From Phoronis australis (taxonomy: Eukaryota > Animalia > Phoronida), in the NCBI GenBank assembly GCA_002633005.1, contig NMRA01000206.1, forward strand, positions 393,250 through 457,249: a stretch of 64,000 bases of DNA, read 5' to 3'. Below are positions 62,270 to 64,000 of this stretch, one piece after another. Below the pieces are notes generated by a model that saw nothing but the letters and a program-made list of their open reading frames with translations, was not told the origin of the DNA and made no database searches. Made by a program: the position numbers and the translations under genes. The first letter of the stretch is position 1. Every line of letters begins with the position of its first letter.

Positions 62270-62540
62270 GTGAAGAATTACATGGGGGACTTGGGAGGCT
62301 CGAATGAGCCCCCCAATTTTACGAATTGGGCAGAAAGGTCCGCCTCATTGAAACAAAAAATCCGAGTAAACGAGACAAAAGTCCACAAAAACCATAGGAA
62401 GTCGGTGGATGCACGACTCGTGGGCCTGAACCTAGTCGCCCCGTTTTTTGTTTTTAGTCCTCGTTGATTTCTTTCAGTAAAAGGTCTGCATAACGAAAAC
62501 TTCCGAGCCCCCCCTATATTTTGGGCTGGGTGCGCGCATG
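62270..62540. mobile_element. Possible hAT-type non-autonomous element
   Basis: GC-rich ends with repeated gagcccccc and aaaggtc.gc subterminal motifs, ending gggctgggtgcgcgcatg. Confidence 0.4.
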
Positions 62541-64000
62541 AATTATTACTTTGTCAAGCACTTACTCTGGCTGTTCTACAGAATATGGATGAGACAATAT
62601 TTCACAAGAAAAAACACAACAGGTTTAATCAGAGGTAAGCGGAAGTCTTCATTATGCCGCTGTTACAAAAACTCTATTTGTCGTCATTTTTTCATTTCAC
62701 AGGTCATAACAATGACAACACATAATGACTTTCTAAAACTGCTCTGAAGTGCTGGCATGTTACAACTATTATTAAAATCTCTTCCCCGGACAATATATAA
62801 TCAAAAAATCATATCATGATGAGTGTACCACATATCTGTGCTTGTTCTTCTAAGATAATGCAGGAATACCTGATGATGGCCGGAGAATAAAGAGACCGAA
62901 ACATCGTGACAATGTAATTTTCATAATAGTTGTGACAACCCATAAGTAGAGGTACATTCTTGGTGACAATTCTACAGAATGGAACCCTAAGCTACGCAAT
63001 AGCAACCTGATCTCAAGCAGTACGTAACATAGTGTACACTCTTTCACCGTGTTGGAATGTTGTTTATCATGGCTTCTCATTGGTTAAAGTAATGAAATCG
63101 ACGTCATAACATTCAGTCATTCACATTGGTTGAAATCTGGGAAACCCCTTTCATTAACCGTTATGAAGAATGGCGACCACCTTTGACTTGTGTAGTTGCA
63201 ATTTATCAAAGCGGGCAGTGATCGAAGTAAACAAAATCAAGGGAACCCTGATCCCGTGGCTAAGCCCAAACAAGTAGTGCATAGGTGTGTGCAAGTGGTC
63301 GGTGGCGATGTGATCGATAAACTTCCGACCAAACCTTGTTTCCACAAGGCCGCTTTTCAGTATAGGTGGCGCTGTATCAGAGAGTATAACATAGTTACAA
63401 ACACTGAAATCATCTCCAATTTGACTAGGGAACAACATGACACCAATCTCATAATGAAAGTGATCTGATTCAAAGGAAGGCCGGTTTCTAGCCACATAAA
63501 ATATGACTTCTTCATCAACACCAACTGAAAAACATAATACTCCCAATACCTACCTAAAGAGCAACCAGCATGACACGAATTCAGTTACAGGACAAAAAGA
63601 AACATCAAAAAGTCTCGGCAGATGCACAAACGTGTCTACTCTAACCTCTTCTTTAGATGAAAGACAACAATGCGCACTCATGCCCATGATGCAGTGGGTA
63701 AAGCGGTCATGTGGGTTGGGTTCAATAGATCAGAGTGTTGCCCATTACCTCTAGGTGAGTGAACAAGAATGGGACGACCCTAGGATACAGGTGTAATGCC
63801 TGGTTGGCTGTGAGAGGATGGGTAATGTTACAAAGTGTCAATGTGATAAACACGTTTTATATTGGTACAAGTGTTGATGGATGGCATTTGTACAGGGAGA
63901 CTAGTGCATAACACAAACGTTTTGTGATGTTGAGTGCTCGCAAGTTATTCACTGTATGCAAGTCTAGTGATTGTATTCTGCGACATATGTCAATCAGGAC

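Noticed and set aside
63154-63754. Overlapping 83-130 aa ORFs
   Set aside because: No family recognised and no supported splice structure; kept only as part of the promoter-like island

Overview
Animal genomic DNA (AT-rich, spliced genes, one 168-N gap); probably a marine invertebrate bilaterian (inferred from gene content and repeat style, not proven). Two convergent genes. (1) + strand: the last six coding exons (60..4208) of a phospholipase B1-like SGNH/GDSL lipase that stops without a transmembrane tail. (2) - strand: a complete class-5 semaphorin CDS (ATG 51873 to stop 8360). It has 18 coding exons with consistent phases, totals 3282 nt (about 1093 aa), and encodes signal peptide, Sema, PSI, 7 TSP1 repeats, TM and cytoplasmic tail. 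It has a 24-kb first coding intron and at least one further non-coding exon upstream. Introns hold MITEs, SINE heads, LINE remnants, a Helentron-like element, tandem repeats and a 2.3-kb duplication bracketing the gap. The most intriguing signal is in the 4.9-kb phase-1 intron between TSR4 and TSR5: several frame-symmetric candidate cassette/micro-exons (72, 24, 24, 48 nt) whose junctions could create a TAA stop, plus a reconstituted 5' splice site at the TSR6 exon. These are sequence-only predictions and need RNA-seq. No prokaryotic systems or CRISPR are seen.
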